Shown piece by piece: positions 56,160-64,000 of a stretch of DNA of 64,000 bases. The notes below the pieces were generated by a model that made no database searches, was not told where the DNA came from, and saw nothing but the letters and a program-made list of their open reading frames with translations. A program made the translations under genes and the position numbers. Numbering within the stretch: position 1 is the first letter of the stretch; every line of letters begins with the position of its first letter. The stretch comes from Candidatus Sumerlaeia bacterium (GTDB lineage: Bacteria; Sumerlaeota; Sumerlaeia; SLMS01; JANRJK01), in the NCBI GenBank assembly GCA_033764015.1, contig JANRJK010000036.1, positions 64,001-128,000 on the forward strand, given 5' to 3'.

Positions 56160-57890
56160 TCAGCAGACCGCGCGCGAGTCGAGCACTTCCAGTTCGAGGC
56201 TGCGCGCCCCGCGGAAGTTGTTCTCCTGGGTGCGGCAGAGGATGTCGTGCCGCGAGCCGGGGCGCGACCAGGCTTCGTGGTGCCCGGCGAGCGAGAAGGC
56301 GATCGCGGTGAACTCGCGCCCCCCCGCGCGCAGCCGCAGCCGCAGGTGGTTCGTCCCGACCACGCGGGCGCCCGGCAGCGCCTCGACACCCTCGACCAGG
56401 AAGACCGGCGCGGGGTTCCCCTCGCCGAAGGGCTGCAGCGACTGCACGCCCTCGTGGAGGCCCCAGTCGATCTCGGCCCCTTCCAGCTTCGTGTCCACGT
56501 CCACCTGGGGGGACAGTTCCGCGCCGAGGAGGTGGGCCCGGGCGTGGCCGTCGAGCGCGTCCCGGAACACGCCCAGCTTGTCGGCGTGGAGCCGCAGCCC
56601 CGCAGCGGCGGCGTGGCCGCCGAACGCGAGGAGGTGCTCCGCGCATTCGAGCAGGCCGCCGTGGATGTCGTAGCCGCGGATGCTGCGGGCGGAGCCCTTC
56701 GCCATGCCGTTCCCGTCGGTGGCGAGCACCACCGCGGGGCGGTTGACGCGCTCGCAAACGCGTGCCGCGACGGTGCCGACGACGCCGAGGTGCCACCCGA
56801 CGGCGGCGAGGACGAACGCGCTGGGCCCCTCGCCGGGGTAGGCGTCGAGCTGGGCGATGGCCTCGCGCAGGATCGCCGCCTCGAGCGCCCGGCGCTGCTT
56901 GTTCATCTCGTCGAGCCGCTTGGCGAGCGCCTCGGCGCGGACGGGGTCGTCGGTGAGGAGCAGTTCGAGCGCCGCCGCCGGATCTCCCTCCGTGCGCCCC
57001 GCCGCGTTCAGCCTCGGAGCCATGCCGAAGCCGACCGCGTCCGGCGAGATGGCCCCGGCGCTGTCGGGGCGCTGGCCGCCGACCGCCAGCAGCGCCCGGA
57101 TGCCGGGGTGCGCGCTGTCGGCCAGCTCGCGCAGCCCGTGGCGCACCAGCACGCGGTTCTCCTCCAAGAGCGGCACCACGTCGGCCACCGTCGCGAGGGC
57201 GACGAAATCCAGCAGGCCGCGGGTGAACGCGCGCGCCTCCGCAGAGCCGGGGCGCATCCGCCGCACCAGGGCGTGGGCGACCTTGAACGCCACGCCCGCG
57301 CCGCAGAGGCGCCCGCCGGCGTAGGCGGCTCCCTCCAGGTTCGGGTTCACGACGAGCGCCTGGGGCAGCGAATCGCCCGCCAAGTGGTGGTCCGTGACGA
57401 CGACATCCATCCCGAGGGAGCGGGCCAGCTCGACCTCCTCGACGGCGGTGATTCCGGTGTCCACGGTGACGAGCAGCTTGACGCCTTCCGCGGCGAGCAT
57501 CCGCACGCGGCGGGCGCTGAGCCCGTAGCCGTCGTCGATGCGGTGCGGGACGACGTAGTGCGGCTCGGCGCCGAGGTACCGGAGGGCGCGCACCATCACC
57601 GCCGTGGCGCAGAGTCCGTCGGCGTCGTAGTCGCCGTAGACCGCGAGCGGCTCGCGGGCGGAGAGCGCGGCGGCGATGCGCTCGACGGCGGCCTCGACGC
57701 CGCCCAGCTCCAAGGGGTCGCGGATCGAGGAGAGCTTCGGGGCGAGGAACTCCGCGAGGCCCGGGTCCGAGGCCGTCCAGCCCCGCGCGGCGAGGAGCCG
57801 CGCGACGGCGGGATGCAGCGCGGCGAAAGCCCCGGAGCACTCCGCCGGCGCCTGCTCGCGCAACTTCCACTGTCGTCTCGGGGTCGTCAT
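56160..57890 (-). CDS. recJ: ssDNA exonuclease RecJ
   Basis: GDYDADG, GYGL, TVDTG, TDHH, TVADVV, PRLNAAGR, GSARS, GGH..AAG, QPFGEGNP. Confidence 0.97.
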   Translation of the reverse strand: MTTPRRQWKLREQAPAECSGAFAALHPAVARLLAARGWTASDPGLAEFLAPKLSSIRDPLELGGVEAAVERIAAALSAREPLAVYGDYDADGLCATAVMVRALRYLGAEPHYVVPHRIDDGYGLSARRVRMLAAEGVKLLVTVDTGITAVEEVELARSLGMDVVVTDHHLAGDSLPQALVVNPNLEGAAYAGGRLCGAGVAFKVAHALVRRMRPGSAEARAFTRGLLDFVALATVADVVPLLEENRVLVRHGLRELADSAHPGIRALLAVGGQRPDSAGAISPDAVGFGMAPRLNAAGRTEGDPAAALELLLTDDPVRAEALAKRLDEMNKQRRALEAAILREAIAQLDAYPGEGPSAFVLAAVGWHLGVVGTVAARVCERVNRPAVVLATDGNGMAKGSARSIRGYDIHGGLLECAEHLLAFGGHAAAAGLRLHADKLGVFRDALDGHARAHLLGAELSPQVDVDTKLEGAEIDWGLHEGVQSLQPFGEGNPAPVFLVEGVEALPGARVVGTNHLRLRLRAGGREFTAIAFSLAGHHEAWSRPGSRHDILCRTQENNFRGARSLELEVLDSRAVC

Positions 57891-57925
57891 CGTAACGGGA
57901 AGCTTGGCGCCGCGCGCCGGGAGCG

Positions 57926-58990
57926 TCAAGCGGGGCCCGGCCGCCGCCCCCGCGCCAGGAGCTCCTCGGCCGCGGCGGTCACCTCGGGGGCGCCCACCGC
58001 CGTCATGCAGCGGTGGTCGATCGGGCAATGGCGCAGGAGGCAGGGCGCGCACGGCGTGTCGGCGCGGACGATCCGCGAACGCGGGGAGAGCGGCGCCGTG
58101 GTGACCCAGTCGGTGCTGCCGAAGACGGCGACCAGCGGCGTCCCCAGCGCGGCGGCGAGGTGCATCGCGCCGCTGTCGTTCGTCAGCAGCAGGTCCGCCT
58201 CCGCGAGGAAGGCCATCAACTGGCGGAGCGACATCCGCCCGGCGGCGTTGACCCACAGCCCCGCGCGGTCGCGGCAGACCTCGGCGGCGACGTCCGCTTC
58301 GGAGGCGAGACCCGTGGCCACGACGGCGGCGCCGCGTGTGCGGACGAAGTGCGCCGCCACCTCGGCGTAGCGCTGCGGCAGCCATCGCTTCGCGGTGCCG
58401 AAGAACGCGCCGGCGTTCACCGCGACGATCGGCTGGCCCGGGAAGATCCCCTGCTCCGCGAGCCAGCGGCGCATCTCGGCGCGCTCGCCGTCCGCGACCG
58501 CGAGCGACAGCGGCGGCGGGGGGCCGGTGCGCGGGGCGAACACGTCCAGCAGCCGCAGGTAGTAGCGCGTCTCGTGGACCGCCAGATCGTCGGGGCGGAG
58601 TTCCACCGGGTGCGTGAGGAGCGGACGCCGCCCGTCGCGCGCATAGCCGACCCGGGTCCGCGCGCCGCCGAGCACCGCCAGAAGCGCCGAATGCATCGAA
58701 TTGGGCAGCAGGAACGCGGCGTCGGGCTTCCACGCGCGGAGCCGGGAGGCGGCCTCGCGGGTGCCGGCGAACGTCTTGTCGTCGATCTTCCAGACGGCGT
58801 TGGCGGCGGGGTGGCCTTCGAGGACCGGCGCCACGTTGCCGCGGGCCAGCGCCACGATTTCGGCCCGCGGGTACAGCTCGCGGAGCCGCGTGAGGAACGG
58901 CGTGTTCATCACCGCGTCGCCGACCCAGTTCGTCAGCCGGACGGCGATGCGCGCGGTGTCGCGCGGGTGGGGAAGGACGCGGGGGGTCAC
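57926..58990 (-). CDS. waaF: LPS heptosyltransferase II (GT9)
   Basis: NWVGDAVM, PNS..SA, GA.FG.AKRW, NDSG.MHLAAA, C.PC....CP..H.CM. Confidence 0.88.
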   Translation of the reverse strand: MTPRVLPHPRDTARIAVRLTNWVGDAVMNTPFLTRLRELYPRAEIVALARGNVAPVLEGHPAANAVWKIDDKTFAGTREAASRLRAWKPDAAFLLPNSMHSALLAVLGGARTRVGYARDGRRPLLTHPVELRPDDLAVHETRYYLRLLDVFAPRTGPPPPLSLAVADGERAEMRRWLAEQGIFPGQPIVAVNAGAFFGTAKRWLPQRYAEVAAHFVRTRGAAVVATGLASEADVAAEVCRDRAGLWVNAAGRMSLRQLMAFLAEADLLLTNDSGAMHLAAALGTPLVAVFGSTDWVTTAPLSPRSRIVRADTPCAPCLLRHCPIDHRCMTAVGAPEVTAAAEELLARGRRPGPA

Positions 58991-59709
58991 GGGGCCCCGG
59001 AACCGAGGAGGACGCGCACGGCGCCGTCGAGCGTGGGGGCGGCGCGGAGGCCCTCCGGCGCCGCCCGCCCGCCGCGCAGCACGAGGCACTGGGCCCAGCC
59101 GGCGGCGAGCGCGCCGTGGCCGTCGGCGTCGGGCTCGTCGCCGATGATCGCCGGGCGGCGGGCGCCGAGGCGGCGGGCCGCTTCGCGGTAGATCGCGGGA
59201 TCGGGCTTCTCGGCGCCGACATCGCAGGAGACGACGGTCGCGTGGAAGCGCTCCGCGAGGCCGAGGGCTTCGAGGACCGGGTGGAGGCGCGCGTCCCAGT
59301 TGCTGAGCACCGCGGTCCGCGCGCCGGCCTCCGCGACGAGCCGGAGGGCCGCATCCACATCGGGAAAGACGCGCCAGCAGCGGGCGGTCGCGAACTCGTC
59401 GTAGACGGCGGGATAGTAGCCGGGGTCCTGCGGCGGCCGGTAGCCGGCGAGGCGGAACGTCTCTCGCACGACCGGGTACCAGAAGGCGCGCGCTTCGGCG
59501 TCGGTGCGTCCGTACGGGGCCCCGCCGCCCCCCGCAGCGGCCCGCGCGTCGCGCCAGGAGCGGCGGAACGCGATGGAGAGTTCCGCGCCCTCCGCCTCGG
59601 CGCCGAAGTCCGCCGCGACCCGGGCGTACACGTCGCCGATGCCCGGCCAAGGCTCGATGAGGGTATAGCCTGCGTCGAAGAAGACCGTGTCGGGCGGGGC
59701 GTTCGTCAT
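58987..59709 (-). CDS. HAD-superfamily hydrolase (HDHD3/REG-2-like)
   Basis: FFDAGYTL, LSNWD, EKPDPAIY, IGD...D..GA. Confidence 0.9.
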   Translation of the reverse strand: MTNAPPDTVFFDAGYTLIEPWPGIGDVYARVAADFGAEAEGAELSIAFRRSWRDARAAAGGGGAPYGRTDAEARAFWYPVVRETFRLAGYRPPQDPGYYPAVYDEFATARCWRVFPDVDAALRLVAEAGARTAVLSNWDARLHPVLEALGLAERFHATVVSCDVGAEKPDPAIYREAARRLGARRPAIIGDEPDADGHGALAAGWAQCLVLRGGRAAPEGLRAAPTLDGAVRVLLGSGAP

Positions 59710-59847
59710 GCGGCGCAATAGGCGCGTGCGGTGCCGGGTGGGTCAACGGCGCGCATTGACACCGTGCGGCGCGGCGGGCTCATGTTCCCGTGAAGCTTCG
59801 AATTCCAATGTATCTGCGGGCCGTTTCCCTTTCAGGAGGAGCCTCCC

Positions 59848-60492
59848 ATGCGCGGAACCACCCTTGCCGGTCTGGCGCTGGCCGCCGCGGCCGCCGCCGT
59901 GCTGGCGCTGCCCAGCGCCTCGCCCTCGCAGGAAGGCGGCGCCGCGCCGCCGCAGTGGAAGCCGGGGTTGGTGCTGTCCTCCGGGGACTCCGACTCGACG
60001 GATTCGCTCCAGATCGTACTCGGCGCCGAACCGGGCCTCTATGAACTGCGCGACGTCGGCGCGGCGATCCAGCTCCGCGTGCTCCCCGCCACCGCGGAGA
60101 ACACGAAGGAACTGACGCTCGAGGAGTTCTCCGCGGAGGCGCACAAGCTGCGCTCGAACCGGGTGCCCGAGGTGACGATCGACTTCCGCCGCTTCAACGA
60201 CGACGCGTTCGTGTTCGAGGCCTCATCCACCGGCGCCTCGCGCCCCGCGCTCTTCACCGCCGTCGTGCGCGGCCTCGACAACGCCACCACACCCACGATC
60301 ATCAACATGCCCCTCGAGCTGAAGGTGCTGCTCGAAGGCCCGGACCGCGTGCGCATCATCCAGTTCGAAGGCGAGGGCGCCCGCAAGACCGCGCGCCCGG
60401 AAAGCAGCGTCCTCGTCGCGCCGGTCGCACCGGATAAGCCCGCCCGCGTGTATGTGACGCGCCGCGAGCTGCCCCTCGCCACGCCGAAGTAA
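59848..60492 (+). CDS. Secreted hypothetical protein
   Basis: SD AGGAGG; signal peptide; GC3-biased codons. Confidence 0.7.
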   Translation: MRGTTLAGLALAAAAAAVLALPSASPSQEGGAAPPQWKPGLVLSSGDSDSTDSLQIVLGAEPGLYELRDVGAAIQLRVLPATAENTKELTLEEFSAEAHKLRSNRVPEVTIDFRRFNDDAFVFEASSTGASRPALFTAVVRGLDNATTPTIINMPLELKVLLEGPDRVRIIQFEGEGARKTARPESSVLVAPVAPDKPARVYVTRRELPLATPK

Positions 60493-60496
60493 CTCG

Positions 60497-61519
60497 GTGC
60501 GCGGCTACACCGTCGCGGGGAACGGGCTCGACACGCTCCGCGTGGTGGATCTGCCCGATCCCCCGGCCCCCGCAGCCGGCGAAGCGGTCGTCCGCGCGCT
60601 TGCCGTCACGCTCAATTACCGCGACTTGATGGTGGCGGAGGGGCGCTACGGCCAACCCCTCAAGGCACCGATGATTCCGTGCAGCGACGCCTGCGGCGTG
60701 GTCGAAGCGGTCGGCCCCGGAGTGCGCGGGCTGGCGCCCGGGGACCGCGTGGTGAACACGGCGATCCGGAACTGGCCCTGCGGCGCGCTTCGGCGCGAGC
60801 ACCAGCGCGCCTTCAGCGGCGGCGGAGGGGTGGGCGGAGTGCTCGCCGAGCGCTTCGCGTACCCGGCGGACGCGCTCGTGAAGGCCCCCGCGCACCTGTC
60901 CGACGAGGAGGCGGCGGCGCTTCCGGTCGCGGGCCTCACCGCTTGGGCCGCGCTGGTGCCGTTCGCCGGGGCCAGGGCCGGCGACTGGGTGCTTTCCCAT
61001 GGCACCGGCGGGGTCTCGATCTTCGCGGCGCAGCTCGGCGCCCGCATGGGCCTGCGCGTGGTGCTGAGCACCTCCTCGGAATCGAAGGGGAAGCTGGTGC
61101 GGGAGCGCTTCGGCGTGGCCGCGACGGTGGACTACCGGGACCCGGAATGGCCCGCGGCGGTTCGCGCGCTGACGGGGGGCGAGGGTGTCGACGTGCTGCT
61201 GGAGACCGCGGGCGGCGCCACCTTCGCACGCTCCATCGAGGCGATGGCGTTCGGCGGGCGCATCGCCGTGATCGGAGTGCTCGACGGCGACGAGGGGCCC
61301 GCGAGCCTGGTGCGCATCCTCGCGAGGCAACTCCGGGTGGGGGGCATCTACATGGAGTCCACGGCGGAGCTGCGCGCCTTCGCCCGCGCGGTGGAGGCCT
61401 GGCGGTTGCATCCGTGCATCGACAGCGTCTTCTCCTTCGCGGAGGCCCCCGCGGCGTACCGGCACCTGGCCGCCGGGTCGCACTTGGGGAAGGTGGCGAT
61501 CCGCGTCGCGGAGCGCTGA
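60497..61519 (+). CDS. MDR-family NAD(P)-dependent oxidoreductase
   Basis: LNYRD, PCSD..G.V..VG, EAAALPVAGLTAW, GTGGVS, GEGVD, HLGKV. Confidence 0.92.
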   Translation: MRGYTVAGNGLDTLRVVDLPDPPAPAAGEAVVRALAVTLNYRDLMVAEGRYGQPLKAPMIPCSDACGVVEAVGPGVRGLAPGDRVVNTAIRNWPCGALRREHQRAFSGGGGVGGVLAERFAYPADALVKAPAHLSDEEAAALPVAGLTAWAALVPFAGARAGDWVLSHGTGGVSIFAAQLGARMGLRVVLSTSSESKGKLVRERFGVAATVDYRDPEWPAAVRALTGGEGVDVLLETAGGATFARSIEAMAFGGRIAVIGVLDGDEGPASLVRILARQLRVGGIYMESTAELRAFARAVEAWRLHPCIDSVFSFAEAPAAYRHLAAGSHLGKVAIRVAER

Positions 61520-61600
61520 ATCCCGCGGATCGGTACGCTCGTGGCTTCGAGGTAGCTTGACCGGTTGGCGCCGGTCGCCCAGAACTGCCGGGCGGAACCG

Positions 61601-62824
61601 ATGAAGCTGCCAGCCGACGCGACCCCCTCCGAAATCCTCCTCCACTACGCGCGCGCCGCGTGGCGCCAGCTCTATTGGATGCTGGTCGAGGCGCCGCGCT
61701 TCATCCGCCCGACCCTCGAGGGGGTGTTCTTCATCGCCTTCACGCTGGCGGTGGGCTTCGCGGCGATGAACACCGGCGCCCAGCTGCTTTACGTGATGTT
61801 CTCGCTGATGTGCGGCTTCCTGGTGCTTTCCGCGGTGCTGGCGACGCGCAACATCGTCGGCCTGCGGGTGCGCCGCGAGGCCCCCCGGCTCGCGGACGCG
61901 GGGCGCCCGTTCCGGGTGGCGCTGTGGCTCGAGAACCGCAAGCGCCTGCTCCCGACGTTTTCGATCCGCCTCCACGACGAACTCGAATCGGGGGGCCGGG
62001 TGGGCGCCGCCTTCGCCGACGGGGTGCCCGCGCGCGGCGTCGCGGAGGAACCCTACTGGCTGGTCTTCCCGCGCCGCGGCCTGGTGCGTTTCGCCGGGAT
62101 CCGCCTCGGCACCCGGTTCCCGTTCGGACTGATCGAGCGGCGCTTCAGCGTGCCCGCGCCTTGGGAGGTGCTGGTGCTGCCGCAGGTGGTGGACGTGTCG
62201 TACTCGATGGCGCAGGCGCTGCCGGAGCTGGGCGAGCGCCCGCTGAACCGCCGCGGCCACGGCCTCGGCCTGTACAACATCCGCCCGCACGTCCCGGGCG
62301 ACAACAGCCGCGACATCCACTGGAAGACGACGGCGCGCCGCGGGCAGCTCATGGTCCGCGAGTACGAGTCGGAGGAGCGGCGCCAGGCCGTGGTGCTGCT
62401 GGACGAGGCGGTGCCCCCGGGCGGCGAGGAGGACGCCGCGCTCCGGGGGGAGTTCGAGCACGCCGTGGTGCTCGCGGCCTCCGTGTGCGCGTGGCTCGCG
62501 CGGAACGACTACGACTTCGAGCTGCGGACCCGCGGCGGGCGCAGCGGACTCGGCGAGGGGGACCGGCACCTGCAGCGGTGCCGCCGGCTGCTGGCGCGCA
62601 TCGAGCTCGCCGGCACCGCCGCGGAGGGCACGCGTCCACCCGCGCCCCCGCAGTCCCGCGCCGCGGCGGTCGCCATCGGCTGGCGCCACGGCGCGCCCCG
62701 GGGCGCGGGCGGCGCCTACGTGCTGCACGTCGACGACTTCCGTTCCGAGATCGACAGCGCGCTCAACCACCCGGCGGAGGAGTCCGCCCTCTTCGAACTC
62801 CCCGCGACGGAGGAGCGCCCGTGA
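61601..62824 (+). CDS. DUF58 domain membrane protein
   Basis: AAMNTG..LLY; RRG; TRFPFGL; R...PGD..R.IHWKTTAR..LMVREYE. Confidence 0.9.
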   Translation: MKLPADATPSEILLHYARAAWRQLYWMLVEAPRFIRPTLEGVFFIAFTLAVGFAAMNTGAQLLYVMFSLMCGFLVLSAVLATRNIVGLRVRREAPRLADAGRPFRVALWLENRKRLLPTFSIRLHDELESGGRVGAAFADGVPARGVAEEPYWLVFPRRGLVRFAGIRLGTRFPFGLIERRFSVPAPWEVLVLPQVVDVSYSMAQALPELGERPLNRRGHGLGLYNIRPHVPGDNSRDIHWKTTARRGQLMVREYESEERRQAVVLLDEAVPPGGEEDAALRGEFEHAVVLAASVCAWLARNDYDFELRTRGGRSGLGEGDRHLQRCRRLLARIELAGTAAEGTRPPAPPQSRAAAVAIGWRHGAPRGAGGAYVLHVDDFRSEIDSALNHPAEESALFELPATEERP

Positions 62825-64000
62825 GGTTCCGCGACGCGTTCCGGACGCTCACCTATCTGACCACCTTCTGGGCATATGCGATCCTCGCGTCGACGCAGGT
62901 GGTGAATCCCGTGGCGACCTTCGTGTTCGCGCTTGGCGGCGGCTTCGCGCTGATGCGGCACCGCATCGGCCTCGGCGAGTCGCGGACGCTCTGGCGGGTT
63001 CTGAACGTGGGGGCGATCGTCGGCGCGATCTACGGGTTCTTCGTCGCGGCGCAGCGCATCGACACCGTGGTGTACCTCTTCCTGTACCTCGCGATGAACC
63101 GCCTGTGGACGGCGAAGACCAACCGGGACTTCCTGCAGCTCTACGCGCTCGGCTTTTTCATGGTGCTCGCGGCGAGCGTTTCGACGGAGTCCATCGCGTT
63201 CGCGCCGATGGTGCTGGCTTACGTGGGGCTAATGGTCGCGGCGCTGGTGTGCTTCACTATCAAGCGCGACAGCGAGGCGGTCTTCGCCGCCGCGCCGGCG
63301 GCGCCGGGGGACGCGCGCGCCCCGAGGCGCGTGACGGACTTCGACCGCGAGCGGCTGGCGCGGCTGCACGACAGCCGCTTCGGCACCCGGGCGCGCGCCG
63401 CCGCCGCGCTGGCGGGAATGCTCTTCGTCTCCGCCATCGCGGCCTCCGTGTTCTTCGTGGTGCCCCGCATGGAGGTCGGCTCGCTTTTCCGCGGCTTCGG
63501 CCCGGGGCAGCCGAACACCCGCATGTCGGGGTTCTCGGACACGGTCGAGCTCGGCGCCGTAGGCGGCATCCAGCAGGACGCCACCATCGTGGGACGCATC
63601 CAGCAGGTGGCCCCCGCGGGCTCCGAGTGGGGCTCGCGCGTTGTGTTCCGGGCGGCGGAAGGCGGGGAGGTGTTCGCCCCGGCCGAGGAGACCACCCGCG
63701 ATTCGCTCCGCCTGCGCGGCGCCACCCTGGAACTTTGGAACGGCCGCCGCTGGGACCGCTCGCCGGTGGTCCAGACGATGAACGAAAAGCCCGCCCCCGG
63801 CGTGGGCGGCCACGAGCAGGGCGACGACCGCCTGGCGCGCGGCGAGGTCGAGCACTTCCACATCGTCATCGAGCCGATCGGCACCAAGGCGCTCTTCCTC
63901 CCGGACCGCCTGCGGCGTGTGCTCCTCGATTCGAAGCAGACGCTCGAGATCGACCCGTTCAGCCGGACGGTCCGCTTCGCCAGGATCCCGAACGGGCTTT
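62821..64000 (+). CDS. DUF3488 / TgpA-like membrane protein, 3'-truncated by window edge
   Basis: GTGA overlap with DUF58 gene; TM helices; FFVVPR, SGFSDTVELG..G.I, LRLRG..L..WNGRRW. Confidence 0.8.
   Translation, partial: MRFRDAFRTLTYLTTFWAYAILASTQVVNPVATFVFALGGGFALMRHRIGLGESRTLWRVLNVGAIVGAIYGFFVAAQRIDTVVYLFLYLAMNRLWTAKTNRDFLQLYALGFFMVLAASVSTESIAFAPMVLAYVGLMVAALVCFTIKRDSEAVFAAAPAAPGDARAPRRVTDFDRERLARLHDSRFGTRARAAAALAGMLFVSAIAASVFFVVPRMEVGSLFRGFGPGQPNTRMSGFSDTVELGAVGGIQQDATIVGRIQQVAPAGSEWGSRVVFRAAEGGEVFAPAEETTRDSLRLRGATLELWNGRRWDRSPVVQTMNEKPAPGVGGHEQGDDRLARGEVEHFHIVIEPIGTKALFLPDRLRRVLLDSKQTLEIDPFSRTVRFARIPNGL

Noticed and set aside
52678..59709. wza/wzc with recJ, waaF and HAD as a novel system
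   Set aside because: All are ordinary known families; co-orientation alone is not evidence
59756..59786. TTGACA promoter candidate resembling the one at 13416; also TTGACx at 22603, 34262 and 61557
   Set aside because: The -10 elements are poor or the spacing is off, so they were not called

Overview
GC-rich (about 70%+) bacterial chromosomal window, densely coding, with about 54 CDS and two tRNAs (Arg-CCG, Lys-CTT). No rRNA, CRISPR array, integrase or transposase was seen. Two prepilin-type proteins ending in YDPTNGxTSxGDIVR, plus secreted proteins with Trp-motif or dockerin-like tails, suggest Candidatus Sumerlaeota (BRC1); this is an inference from recalled family patterns, not a search. 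Housekeeping content: lptC/lptA-like genes, pgsA, a gcvT-like gene, cdd, folC, typA, an RND pump, pilB, a PdeM/ligase/Lhr repair cluster, dnaG, wza/wzc, recJ and waaF. The most interesting signal is a module that occurs twice: ECF sigma factor + membrane sensor (separate FecR, or fused) + YDPTNG pilin + secreted cargo protein. The first copy has a back-to-back pair of matching promoter-like motifs. Other points: pgsA appears to need a non-canonical ATC start; there is a rod-shaped candidate ncRNA; a tandem pair of unknown secreted paralogs is bounded by three related terminator hairpins after the tRNAs; and two apparent pseudo-enzymes are present (ADP-ribosylglycohydrolase-like and signal peptidase I-like). 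All family calls come from motif recognition by eye.
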